DNA of 32,000 nt from Eggerthellaceae bacterium (GTDB taxonomy: Bacteria > Actinomycetota > Coriobacteriia > Coriobacteriales > Eggerthellaceae), in contig JBMNIP010000001.1 in the NCBI GenBank assembly GCA_050951005.1, positions 96,102 through 128,101 on the forward strand. Reading direction: 5' to 3'. The position numbers and the translations under genes were made by a program. This document shows, piece after piece, positions 9,228-16,713 of the stretch. The notes under the pieces are model-generated. The model had not been told where the DNA came from. It ran no database searches and saw only the letters and a list, made by a program, of their open reading frames with translations. Every line of letters begins with the position of its first letter. The first letter of the stretch is position 1.

Positions 9228-9508
9228 GCTTCCCCCTATTTTTCCGACGCCGACTTCTCATGCCATGCGAATTCGCATGTGCGAGATAAGTGCAAGCGTC
9301 GTTTTCACGGGTAGCCGATAAGACCTCGGCCACCTGCAAGAGGGAATGGCCGGGGGATCAGCTACTGTGAGGTTTCGATCTTCGAACCTTCACCGTGTTC
9401 CTTCCCTGAGACCTATAAAACCGCAGCACCTGATGAGTGCTGTGCTTGCGGGCTCGTTGCCTTTGGGACCGTAGCGAAAAGGCAACCAACCCGCAATTCC
9501 GTATTGTA
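9228..9508 (-). promoter_or_regulatory. Candidate promoter (-10 TACAAT, 9503..9508) plus a ~270-nt highly structured 5' leader of the MgtE_N/CBS-NRMT operon; RNA class unassigned
   Basis: The minus-strand RNA contains a 17-bp helix (9448..9494), a hairpin followed by UUUUAU (9415..9442), a bulged hairpin (9367..9394), crossing complementarities in 9311..9407, and a 16-bp perfect palindrome (9264..9279). Details are in the findings. Confidence 0.4.
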
Positions 9509-9533
9509 ATGGGGCGGGCCTCCTGCTGTGACG

Positions 9534-9586
9534 AAAAAGGCATCAGCGGTCGAGACGACTCCGATACCGAGCAATAAGCACATGCC
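9534..9586 (-). terminator. Possible terminator of the tRNA-Arg transcript (imperfect hairpin + T5)
   Basis: On the minus strand, GGCAU...AUGCC closes an imperfect ~48-nt hairpin and is followed by UUUUU (plus-strand A5 at 9534..9538). The stem is poorly paired internally, so the call is weak. Confidence 0.3.
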
Positions 9587-9610
9587 GCCATATACAAAAA
9601 GAGCTGCAAG

Positions 9611-9687
9611 TGGTGCGCCCTGTAGGATTCGAACCTACGACGTACTGATTCGTAGTCAGTCCCTCTATCCAGCTGAGGTAAGGGCGC
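9611..9687 (-). tRNA. tRNA-Arg (anticodon ACG), CCA encoded
   Basis: The reverse complement folds as acceptor GCGCCCT/AGGGCGC, D-arm CCTC-AGCTGGATA-GAGG, anticodon arm ACTGA-CTACGAA-TCAGT (ACG), variable ACGTC, T-arm GTAGG-TTCGAAT-CCTAC, discriminator A, then CCA. Length is 77 nt. Confidence 0.95.
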
Positions 9688-9707
9688 ACATAAATGCAGC
9701 ACTCGTT

Positions 9708-9736
9708 ATTATGCGCAGGGGGTTGGCAAGTGTCAA
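9708..9736 (-). promoter_or_regulatory. Near-consensus sigma70-type promoter for tRNA-Arg (TTGACA - 17 nt - CATAAT)
   Basis: On the minus strand, TTGACA is at 9731..9736 and CATAAT at 9708..9713, with a 17-nt spacer. It lies about 20 nt upstream of the tRNA 5' end. Confidence 0.6.
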
Positions 9737-9857
9737 GCGGAATCCCGAATTCAACTAATTTGCATAGTTTTCACCTGCAGCGACGGTCTGATTCCATCGG
9801 TCGTGGTTTCCCCGCGCAGGAACAGGCATTTTTTGGGAAAGCGGCTATCATAACCCC

Positions 9858-11705
9858 ATGAGTTTCCTCGACCGCACATCCAATAACCCTTCCGTTGGGA
9901 CGGCTTTCCAACAAGGGCAGCCATTGATCCTGAATCGCTACCGTCCCCTCGGCGTGGCCGGTACGGGCGGCTATGGCACGGTCCAGGTTGCCTGGGACAC
10001 GCGCATGCAGCGCCGGGTTGCAGTGAAGTGCATGGACATGCCCCAGGAATGGCGCGGCGGATTCCCGGATAGCGACGTGTTCAACGAGCTTTCTCCCTCT
10101 CAGATTCCCGGATTGGAAGAGGCGCGCACTGCGGCGATGCTGACGCATCCGAATATCGTGAGCGTCTACGATTTCGAGGTATCCCAAGGGGTTGCCTACC
10201 TGATCATGGAGTGGGTCGACGGAATGACGCTTGCCGACCTGTTGCGCGCCGTGGGCGATAACATCACGCTCGATATGGTGACGGCGGTCTATGCCGGTGT
10301 TGCCCGTGCTTTGGAATACGCACACGAGAACCAGGTGCTGCATCTGGACATCAAGCCGGCCAATATACTGATCAACCATGCGGGGCAGGTGCTGGTGACC
10401 GACTTCGGCCTGGCTCGTCTGTCCGACACCTGGGGCTATTCGGCGGCACGGGGCGGCACTATCGGCTACATGCCCCCCGAGCAGATGCGCCAAGAGCCCC
10501 TGGACGACCGCTGCGACGAATGGGCGCTGGCCAGCGTGCTCTACGAGATGATCTCGGGCAATAATCCATTTCTCGCGCGCGATATCCCTTCGGCTATCCA
10601 GGCTATCGAGGGCGCAGAGATCGTTCTGCCTTCGCTGTGCATGGAGGGTTTGCCGGGAGAAGCCGACGACATCATCTTCTATGCACTCGACCCCGACCGC
10701 AACGAGCGCTATGCTACCGTCCGCGATTTCGATGAGGAGATATCTCCCTGCCTGGGCGACGAGCAGCAAGGGCGCCAGCAGCTTCAGCAAGCCGTTTCCT
10801 CGTACCTTGCGGATGACGATTCGGCTGAAGATGCGTCGCCGGCAGAAGTGAGCACCGGGTTCTCCTTTTTGAAGCCGCAGTTCAGAGAGAAGATGAGCGG
10901 AAAGGTTTCAACGGTGTCGTTGCGCATCTGGGCCCTGTTGACCAGCATGGCTGCCGCATTGGCGGAGCTGCCGAGCTTCGATATGCTGGGCGGGTGGACC
11001 TCGCCGCTTTGCGCGCTGGCGTTTGCCGGCATGCTGGTACTGGCATTCGCCGTGCCGCGGGCGGGGGCGCTTGCCTCCCTTGCCGTATTGGTTGCCGCCC
11101 TTATCGTCCACGAGCTCTATATTCCGGCGGTGCTTATCGGTGCACTCGGATTGGCATGGTTCCTTCTGGTTGGCAACGACGGCGATGCGCAGGCCAATGC
11201 CGGCACACTGCCTTTCGTCGCGGGCGCTATCGGCTTAAACCAGATAATCCCGATGCTTTCGGGCTTCTTCTTGCCCATTGGCGATGCCCTGAAGAGCGTG
11301 GTATTCGCCTGGGTGCTCGCCGTGTTCTTGGCCTGCTTTGGGAGCGGGAGCCTGCTGGGATGGAACGTGAACCTGGGCACGCTTGATGCCGATGCCCTGC
11401 AGAAGAGCTTCGTCGCATTGGCCGGCGATCCCGGAACGTATATCGTGCTGGCATCCTGGCTCGCCTCTGCTGCGGTGGTGAGCGCTTTCGTGAGGCGGGG
11501 GAGCCGTGCTTCGGCTCTGGTCGGCGTACTGCTCGGCGGGGCGGTCCTTATTGTCGGTGCCATGCTGATGACGGCGGTGGGTTCCTCGTTCGCGAACTGG
11601 GTTCCCAACGTGAACTATCTGGTTCCCGCTATCATCTCGATGCTGCTGGTGGGATTGCTGGGTTGGGTGTACGCGCCCGAGCGCCCCGACATCTCCGGGG
11701 AATAG
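9858..11705 (+). CDS. Hanks-type Ser/Thr protein kinase with a polytopic membrane C-terminal domain
   Basis: Kinase motifs: GTGGYGTVQVAW (P-loop), VAVK, HPNIVSVYDF, LHLDIKPANILI, VTDFGLARL, GTIGYMPPEQ. The C-terminal ~270 aa contains about 8 hydrophobic helices and no PASTA or other domain I recognise. Confidence 0.9.
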   Translation: MSFLDRTSNNPSVGTAFQQGQPLILNRYRPLGVAGTGGYGTVQVAWDTRMQRRVAVKCMDMPQEWRGGFPDSDVFNELSPSQIPGLEEARTAAMLTHPNIVSVYDFEVSQGVAYLIMEWVDGMTLADLLRAVGDNITLDMVTAVYAGVARALEYAHENQVLHLDIKPANILINHAGQVLVTDFGLARLSDTWGYSAARGGTIGYMPPEQMRQEPLDDRCDEWALASVLYEMISGNNPFLARDIPSAIQAIEGAEIVLPSLCMEGLPGEADDIIFYALDPDRNERYATVRDFDEEISPCLGDEQQGRQQLQQAVSSYLADDDSAEDASPAEVSTGFSFLKPQFREKMSGKVSTVSLRIWALLTSMAAALAELPSFDMLGGWTSPLCALAFAGMLVLAFAVPRAGALASLAVLVAALIVHELYIPAVLIGALGLAWFLLVGNDGDAQANAGTLPFVAGAIGLNQIIPMLSGFFLPIGDALKSVVFAWVLAVFLACFGSGSLLGWNVNLGTLDADALQKSFVALAGDPGTYIVLASWLASAAVVSAFVRRGSRASALVGVLLGGAVLIVGAMLMTAVGSSFANWVPNVNYLVPAIISMLLVGLLGWVYAPERPDISGE

Positions 11706-11863
11706 CTTCCCCAGGGCAAAGGATAGCGAAACATCCTGGGTCTGCTTCCGGACAGCGGACGGGCTTCCCTTCGATTGCCGGGCCGGATGCTCCGGCAACA
11801 GGAAGGGCGGCCGCCGCAGCGACCGCCCGTGTTCTCGACTACTGGAAAGCCGATATCCGCAAG

Positions 11864-12724
11864 CTATTTCAGCAGTTCGGAGATTTCTCCCAGCAGCGGT
11901 TCGAAGCTGACGCCGCGGTTCTGGTAGTCCGGCTGATGGGCGGTGACCTTCATGGCATCCACAACGAAATTGCTGGCGAACTCCGTAGCGGTCAGCAGGT
12001 CCTTTCCTGCCATGATGGCGGCTAGCAGCGCGCTGGCGAACAGGTCGCCGGTACCGTGGAGCATATAAGGCAGCTTTTCGTTCTCCGTGCCCGCGAATTC
12101 CACTGACTCGCCGGCGATGAAGTTGCGGATCTTGCCGTCGCCGCGCTCGATGCCCTTCAGTACCACATTCTTGGCGCCGCGTTCCAGCAGGCCGTCGATC
12201 ATACGGCGGACGGTATCGTCGTCGATGTTCTGGCCCGGCCAGTCGATGCCCAGGATAATGGAGGCTTCGGTCAGATTCGGGGTCAGGATGTCAGCACCTT
12301 CGGCCAACGTGCCCATGGCAGCGCAAAGCTCGGGGGTGTAAGTGGGGTACACCTTGCCGTGATCTGCCATGACGGGATCGACCACGCGCAGGGCCTTGGG
12401 ATATTCGCGGTATAGGCGCTTGATGCTGTCCACCTGCTCCGGTGCGCCCAGGAAACCCGAATAGATGGCGTCGAGATCGATGCCCACCTCGCGCCAGGCA
12501 TCCAGATAGTCGTTCAGCATTTCGGTGGTGTCGTGCATGTAGAACGTGGGGAACGCGGTATGGCTGGAGAACAGCCCGGTGGGAACGGGACACACGTCGC
12601 AGCCTGCAGCGGACAGGACCGGGATGGCCACGCCCAGCGAGCATTTTCCGTAGCCGCACAGGTCATGGACGGCGGCGATGCGCGGAATGTATTGGTCGTT
12701 GCGGGTATAAAGCTTGTCAGCCAT
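11864..12724 (-). CDS. pdxK: Pyridoxal/pyridoxine/pyridoxamine kinase (ribokinase superfamily)
   Basis: Motifs: RIAAVHDLCGYGKCSLGVAIPVLSAAG, IYSGFLG, VVDPVMADHGKVY, ADILTPNLTEA, HGTGDLFASALLAA. GAAGGAAGG RBS lies upstream of ATG 12724. Confidence 0.88.
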   Translation of the reverse strand: MADKLYTRNDQYIPRIAAVHDLCGYGKCSLGVAIPVLSAAGCDVCPVPTGLFSSHTAFPTFYMHDTTEMLNDYLDAWREVGIDLDAIYSGFLGAPEQVDSIKRLYREYPKALRVVDPVMADHGKVYPTYTPELCAAMGTLAEGADILTPNLTEASIILGIDWPGQNIDDDTVRRMIDGLLERGAKNVVLKGIERGDGKIRNFIAGESVEFAGTENEKLPYMLHGTGDLFASALLAAIMAGKDLLTATEFASNFVVDAMKVTAHQPDYQNRGVSFEPLLGEISELLK

Positions 12725-12741
12725 GGGTAATGCCTTCCTTC

Positions 12742-12996
12742 TTATATGTCCTTGCGCTCGGCAGTATCGTCCGCCTCGTCCTTTTCGATCAGGTGGCCCT
12801 CTTCGTCGTACATGTCGTCATCGCCATCGAACAGGTCGAAATCGTTTTCACCCTTGGGACGGTCTTGGTACTTCTTGCGCGTGCGCTTCTCTGCGATGAA
12901 CGCGGCGAATACGCATATGACCAAGCAGATCAGAATGGAGATGCCGATGCCCTCATAGGTCTCGAAAACGAAATGGTACAGTGCGTCCCAATCCAT
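12742..12996 (-). CDS. Small single-TM membrane protein with an acidic C-terminal tail (hypothetical)
   Basis: An AGGAGG RBS sits 7 nt upstream of ATG 12996. There is one TM helix (GIGISILICLVICVFAAFIA) followed by a Lys/Asp/Glu-rich tail. The stop is 17 nt before pdxK, so the two are probably co-transcribed. I recognise no family. Confidence 0.6.
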   Translation of the reverse strand: MDWDALYHFVFETYEGIGISILICLVICVFAAFIAEKRTRKKYQDRPKGENDFDLFDGDDDMYDEEGHLIEKDEADDTAERKDI

Positions 12997-13197
12997 GATC
13001 TCGCCTCCTGAACGTTTGCTTGAAGGATTGCGATGTCTGTTTCAGACCATAGCTTTCCACAGGGTTGTTTGCGCCTGGAAACACGATGGTTTGCGTACAT
13101 CGGTAGAGTATACTGGTGTATTACGAGTTTACCTAATCGGAGCGCCGATAGCGGCTGATTACGGTAGCAAATGGTTATTCTTCAGAAAGGAAAAGCA

Positions 13198-14490
13198 ATG
13201 CTCGATTTACGCTTCGTACGCGAACATCAGCAAGAAGTTGCTGAAGCGATGAAGAACCGCAATGCCAAGTGGGATGGCTTGCGTTTCTCAAAGCTGGACG
13301 AGGAGCGTCGTTCAAGCATTGCCGAGGAAGAATCGCTGCAGGCAGAGCGCAACAGCCTTTCCAAGAAAATCGGCCAGCTGATGGGCCAGGGAAACAAGGA
13401 GGAAGCCGAGCGTGTAAAGAACCAGGTCCGCGCCATCAACGAGAAGCTGAGCGGCGCCACCGCCGCGCGCGAGAAAGCCGAGACCGCGCTGCGCGAGCTG
13501 CTGCTTGCCACTCCGAACATGCCCGATGCCACCACGCCGGTGGGCAAAGACGAGAACGATAATCCCGAGGTACGCCGCTGGGGTACCCCGCGCGACTTCG
13601 AGGCCGAGGGCATCGAGATGAAGCCGCACTGGGATCTGGGCCCGGAACTCGGCATCATCGATTTCGATCGCGCCGTCAAGCTGGCGGGCAGCCGTTTCAT
13701 CCTGCTGGGGGGCCTGGGTTCGCGCCTGGAGCGCGCCATCATCAACTTCATGGCGGACACGCATGTGTCCCGCGGGTATAAGGAATGGTGGTGCCCGGCG
13801 CTGGCGAACGCCGAGACGTTGACGGGTACCGGCCAACTGCCGAAGTTCGAAGACGACCTGTTCAAGACCCGCGAGGGCATGTACTTGATTCCGACAGCCG
13901 AGGTCCAGCTGACGAATATCCATGCCGGCGAGGTGCTGGATGCTGCCGATCTGCCGTTGAAGTACTGCGCCTACACCCCGTGCTTCCGGGAAGAGGCCGG
14001 GTCGGCCGGACGCGATACCCGCGGGCTGATTCGCGTGCACCAGTTCGACAAGGTCGAGATGGTCAAGTATGCCAAGCCCGAGGAGAGCTTCGACGATCTG
14101 GAGAGCATGGTGGCCGATGCCGAGAATATCCTCCAGTTGCTGGGCCTGCCGTACCGCGTGATCACGCTGTGCACCGGCGACATCGGATTCTCCGCTGCCA
14201 AGACCTACGATTTGGAGGTCTGGCTGCCAAGCTACAACAACTACAAGGAAATCAGCTCCTGCAGCTGCTGTACCGATTTCCAGGCGCGTCGTGCGAATAT
14301 CAAGTACCGCGACCCCGAGCACTTCAAGGGTACGCGCTACGTCCACACACTGAACGGCTCCGGGCTGGCGGTCGGCCGTACCATGGCTGCCATCATGGAG
14401 AACTACCAGCAGGCTGACGGCACCATCAAGGTTCCCGATGTGCTGGTTCCCTACATGGGCGGCATCGAAGTCATCGGTCCCGAGCAGTAA
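13198..14490 (+). CDS. serS: Seryl-tRNA synthetase
   Basis: Starts MLDLRFVREHQQEV, with an N-terminal coiled-coil arm. Class II motifs: TGTGQLPKFEDDLF, LIPTAEV, FREEAGSAGRDTRGLIRVHQFDKVE, GSGLAVGRT. I chose ATG 13198 rather than the ORF-track start 13171. Confidence 0.95.
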   Translation: MLDLRFVREHQQEVAEAMKNRNAKWDGLRFSKLDEERRSSIAEEESLQAERNSLSKKIGQLMGQGNKEEAERVKNQVRAINEKLSGATAAREKAETALRELLLATPNMPDATTPVGKDENDNPEVRRWGTPRDFEAEGIEMKPHWDLGPELGIIDFDRAVKLAGSRFILLGGLGSRLERAIINFMADTHVSRGYKEWWCPALANAETLTGTGQLPKFEDDLFKTREGMYLIPTAEVQLTNIHAGEVLDAADLPLKYCAYTPCFREEAGSAGRDTRGLIRVHQFDKVEMVKYAKPEESFDDLESMVADAENILQLLGLPYRVITLCTGDIGFSAAKTYDLEVWLPSYNNYKEISSCSCCTDFQARRANIKYRDPEHFKGTRYVHTLNGSGLAVGRTMAAIMENYQQADGTIKVPDVLVPYMGGIEVIGPEQ

Positions 14491-14528
14491 TAATGAAGCC
14501 TGCGCCGGCCCGCATGCCGGCGAACTGT

Positions 14529-14585
14529 GAAGCGGGGTGGGCCTTGCTGGGCGCCACCCCGCTTCGCGACTTTGGGGTTTTCTGC
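14529..14585 (+). terminator. Terminator after serS
   Basis: A perfect 12-bp stem GAAGCGGGGTGG (14529..14540) / CCACCCCGCTTC (14554..14565) has a 13-nt loop. The T-rich stretch TTTGGGGTTTTCT begins 5 nt downstream. Confidence 0.65.
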
Positions 14586-14715
14586 GTTGAGAGCCCAATC
14601 GGGCTGTTCAGCGGGTATCCTAGCTACCGATGATAATCGGCATACGGCGGGAAGGTTCCCAGGCGGTGCCGAAGAGGACGATCCTGCAATTCGGGAAACA
14701 CGGGAAGGGGTGCCG

Positions 14716-16188
14716 ATGGCCGACAAGCAGCACAAGAAGCCGACGCGGCGCAAGCGCCCTTCGCGTGGGCAATCGGCGCCTGCTCCCGCACGCCGTGAGC
14801 GCAGGGAAGCATCCCGGCCATCCCGCCAGGCCGGCAAGGACCATGCTTCGGTATCTCCCGAACAAGCTGCGGCACCCCGTCCGTCGGTGAAGGACCGCTC
14901 TCGGAGAACGGGGCGGATGCCGTCTGCCCGGCGCGAAGAACGGATCGAGCGGAAAGCACAGGTTCCCCATCGCCGTCGATCCCAGGACGCTTCGGAATCG
15001 CAGGCGAAGGTGCAAGCTGCACCGCCTTCCAAGTCGGCGTCGGCAACCGTCCAATCGGAGAACGGGAATGCTGCACCAGCAGCCGTAGCGGCTTCTGCAC
15101 CTTCGGATGCTCCGAAGGCAAGGGCCGCAGCTCCTGCCGCCGATGCCGACGGCCGCCCTCTTAACGGCATGCCTTCGGCAGTAGAGGTGGAGATGCCGGT
15201 GCTGTCCGGCGGGTCCTCTTCTGAGACCTTATCGGCTTCCGCCGGCGAAAGAACGGAATCGGTTGCATCGTTTGCCGCTTCGGGCGATGAGGCGCCGAAA
15301 GACGTAGATACCGCTCCGGTGTCGGGTGAAAACAACGGCTCATCCGATGCGGACGCAACAGAGGACGCCGCATCAGTCGGCGATCAGGCTTCAGGAATCT
15401 CGACTGCAGACGCTTCTGCCCATGCGGAGGCTGCTTCGGCCCATGAGGTTCCCATCGAATCGGAGGCTGCGGAATACGGATCAGCTTCGGAGGCTGAGGG
15501 CTCTTCGGACCGCGCTGCGGAAGGGCAAGACGATGCGACGCCTTCCCGCCCGAGCGTGTCAGGAAGACGCAAAGCTGTTCCGAAGCCGGATTCGCAGAAG
15601 AAGCCATCCCGACCCGGCTTCCCGAAGATCGTCGACCATCGCAAACTCGATGCCATTCGCAGCAAGCGCATCCGGAAATCGGTGAAGATCTTGCTTGCCG
15701 TGGTTGCAGTCATTGTGATTGTTGTCGCCCTGTTTGCCTGGCAGCGGTGGTACCGTTTCGACGATACGCAGGATATCCAGGGTACCTGGCAGCTTGCCGC
15801 CGATACCAGCCAAACCGTGGTCATCGATGGCAGCAACATCGACATCGTCAAGGGTGTTGCCTACCAGTACACGCTGGATACCGCCGATAAGACCATCACC
15901 TTCACCTTCTCCGACAAGAGCGGCCAGGCTTCCTATCATTTCAGCGGCGACCGGAAGACCCTGGTGATCAACGAAAGCGACAGCCAACCGAACATCCTGG
16001 TCCAGCTGGGCATTGTCGATGATCCCGCCATCGCCGACGATACGCTCGACGACGAGGTCACGGTGCTATACAAGGTCTCTGACGACACGTCGACGCACTA
16101 CGGCAGCTCCAAGAAATCCAAGAAGGGAAAAACGGAGAGCTCTTCCTCTTCGGCTTCCTCAACCTCTTCTTCCCAGGGCAATGGCTGA
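14716..16188 (+). CDS. Hypothetical bitopic membrane protein: ~330-aa disordered cytoplasmic N-terminus, one TM helix, small extracytoplasmic beta-rich domain, Ser-rich tail
   Basis: I chose ATG 14716 (GGGAAGGGG RBS), because the ORF-track start 14527 would overlap the serS terminator. The N-terminus runs basic (MADKQHKKPTRRKRPSRG), then Ala/Ser/Glu/Asp-rich, then basic. TM helix: ILLAVVAVIVIVVALFAW. I recognise no family. Confidence 0.7.
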   Translation: MADKQHKKPTRRKRPSRGQSAPAPARRERREASRPSRQAGKDHASVSPEQAAAPRPSVKDRSRRTGRMPSARREERIERKAQVPHRRRSQDASESQAKVQAAPPSKSASATVQSENGNAAPAAVAASAPSDAPKARAAAPAADADGRPLNGMPSAVEVEMPVLSGGSSSETLSASAGERTESVASFAASGDEAPKDVDTAPVSGENNGSSDADATEDAASVGDQASGISTADASAHAEAASAHEVPIESEAAEYGSASEAEGSSDRAAEGQDDATPSRPSVSGRRKAVPKPDSQKKPSRPGFPKIVDHRKLDAIRSKRIRKSVKILLAVVAVIVIVVALFAWQRWYRFDDTQDIQGTWQLAADTSQTVVIDGSNIDIVKGVAYQYTLDTADKTITFTFSDKSGQASYHFSGDRKTLVINESDSQPNILVQLGIVDDPAIADDTLDDEVTVLYKVSDDTSTHYGSSKKSKKGKTESSSSSASSTSSSQGNG

Positions 16189-16597
16189 TCCTCGGTTACC
16201 GCAGCGCATACGCATTCGCTCCCTGACTGTTTCGAGCGACCGCATCCTGGCAACCGTGCAGGTGGATCCGCAGCACCCGAACAGCACGCCTGCCATGGCG
16301 GCAGCCCTTGTGCAGGCCTTTCCCGACCTGCCCCGCCATGCCTGCGTCAATCCGAAGGGTGATTTCTTCGGCGATGTGATTGCCGGCACCTCGCTTCCGC
16401 ACGTGCTCGAGCATCTGGTCATCGATCTCCAAACGCAGGAGCATGCGGCAATCGACCCCGATTACGTTTTTACCGGGGTGACCCGGTGGGCGGACAAGGC
16501 GCAGGGAGTAGCGACCGTAGAGGTTTCTTATCGTGATGATTTGGTGGCGTTACGGGCATTTCGTGATGCTGCCGTGTACCTGAATAGCTTGCGGTAA
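16181..16597 (+). CDS. Small protein resembling the cyanophycin-synthetase N-terminal domain (stand-alone, 138 aa)
   Basis: ATG 16181 overlaps the upstream stop (ATGGCTGA). By manual comparison with the CphA N-domain, LVQAFPDLPRHACV resembles LIKVLPSLVEHFCS, GTSLPHVLEHLVIDLQ resembles GTYMGHIVEHVALELQ, and the C-terminal strand plus helix (VATVEVSYRDDLVALRAFRDAAVYL) resembles IYNVVFEYVDEQAGRYAGRAAVRL. Confidence 0.7.
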   Translation: MADPRLPQRIRIRSLTVSSDRILATVQVDPQHPNSTPAMAAALVQAFPDLPRHACVNPKGDFFGDVIAGTSLPHVLEHLVIDLQTQEHAAIDPDYVFTGVTRWADKAQGVATVEVSYRDDLVALRAFRDAAVYLNSLR

Positions 16598-16713
16598 GGT
16601 GAATTCATCCGAAAAGGCCGACGGGGTTTCCCGATGTGCCCAGGTGTTCGCACATCTCCCCGCTGGTCCCGAACGTGCCGCGCGAACGCGGCGCATGACA
16701 GGTAGGAGCAGCA

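Noticed and set aside
9367-9410. Cobalamin-riboswitch-like string AGGGAAGGAACACGGUGAAGG on the minus strand
   Set aside because: It resembles the AGGGAA...GGUGAAA core, but the following CCCGCCACUGU segment and the B12 box (AGCCAGGAGACCUGCC-like) are absent. The downstream genes also have no cobalamin link.
9300-9420. SRP (4.5S) RNA-like GGUCUCAGGGAAGGAAC string
   Set aside because: It lacks the invariant GUCAGGUCCGGAAGGAAGCAGC domain IV sequence and the symmetric-loop partner strand.
9401-9480. Plus-strand motif hits: CUGAGA + ACCUGAU (TPP riboswitch-like) and CUGAUGAG ... CGAAA (hammerhead-like)
   Set aside because: - The required helices do not form: hammerhead stem II would be G-C, U.G and then mismatches.
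- The GAAA lies inside the 17-bp helix at 9448..9494.
- No TPP P4/P5 pyrophosphate-sensor sequence is present.
- There is no plus-strand gene downstream that such an element would control.
- CTGATGA is simply the loop of a hairpin.
9228-9508. M-box (ykoK) Mg2+ riboswitch, expected upstream of an MgtE-like/NRMT operon
   Set aside because: Reading the minus strand, I could not find the conserved M-box blocks (GUUAGGUGAGGC near the 5' end, UAAGG, GUGCUAAAGCUCUACG near the 3' end). Only a short ACAGUAGCU resemblance exists, and it is in the wrong position. This needs a covariance-model search to be definitive.
9771-10790. 339-aa minus-strand ORF opposite the Ser/Thr kinase gene
   Set aside because: This is an antisense high-GC artefact. 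The kinase frame carries every Hanks motif, and this frame carries none.
13312-14598. 428-aa minus-strand ORF opposite serS. The same pattern occurs at 4413..5513, 2884..3783, 21336..22358, 30248..31207 and 16528..17592.
   Set aside because: All are antisense to genes with unambiguous family motifs, have Arg/His/Gly/Gln-rich nonsense-like translations, and lack RBS support.
14527-14715. N-terminal extension of the disordered membrane protein (ORF-track start 14527)
   Set aside because: It would overlap the serS terminator stem. ATG 14716 has a GGGAAGGGG RBS.
15300-15560. Apparent tandem repetition (GCTTCGGAGGCTG-like units) within the disordered-protein gene
   Set aside because: These are only short, imperfect reiterations that encode low-complexity Ala/Ser/Glu sequence. 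There is no defined repeat unit or array structure.
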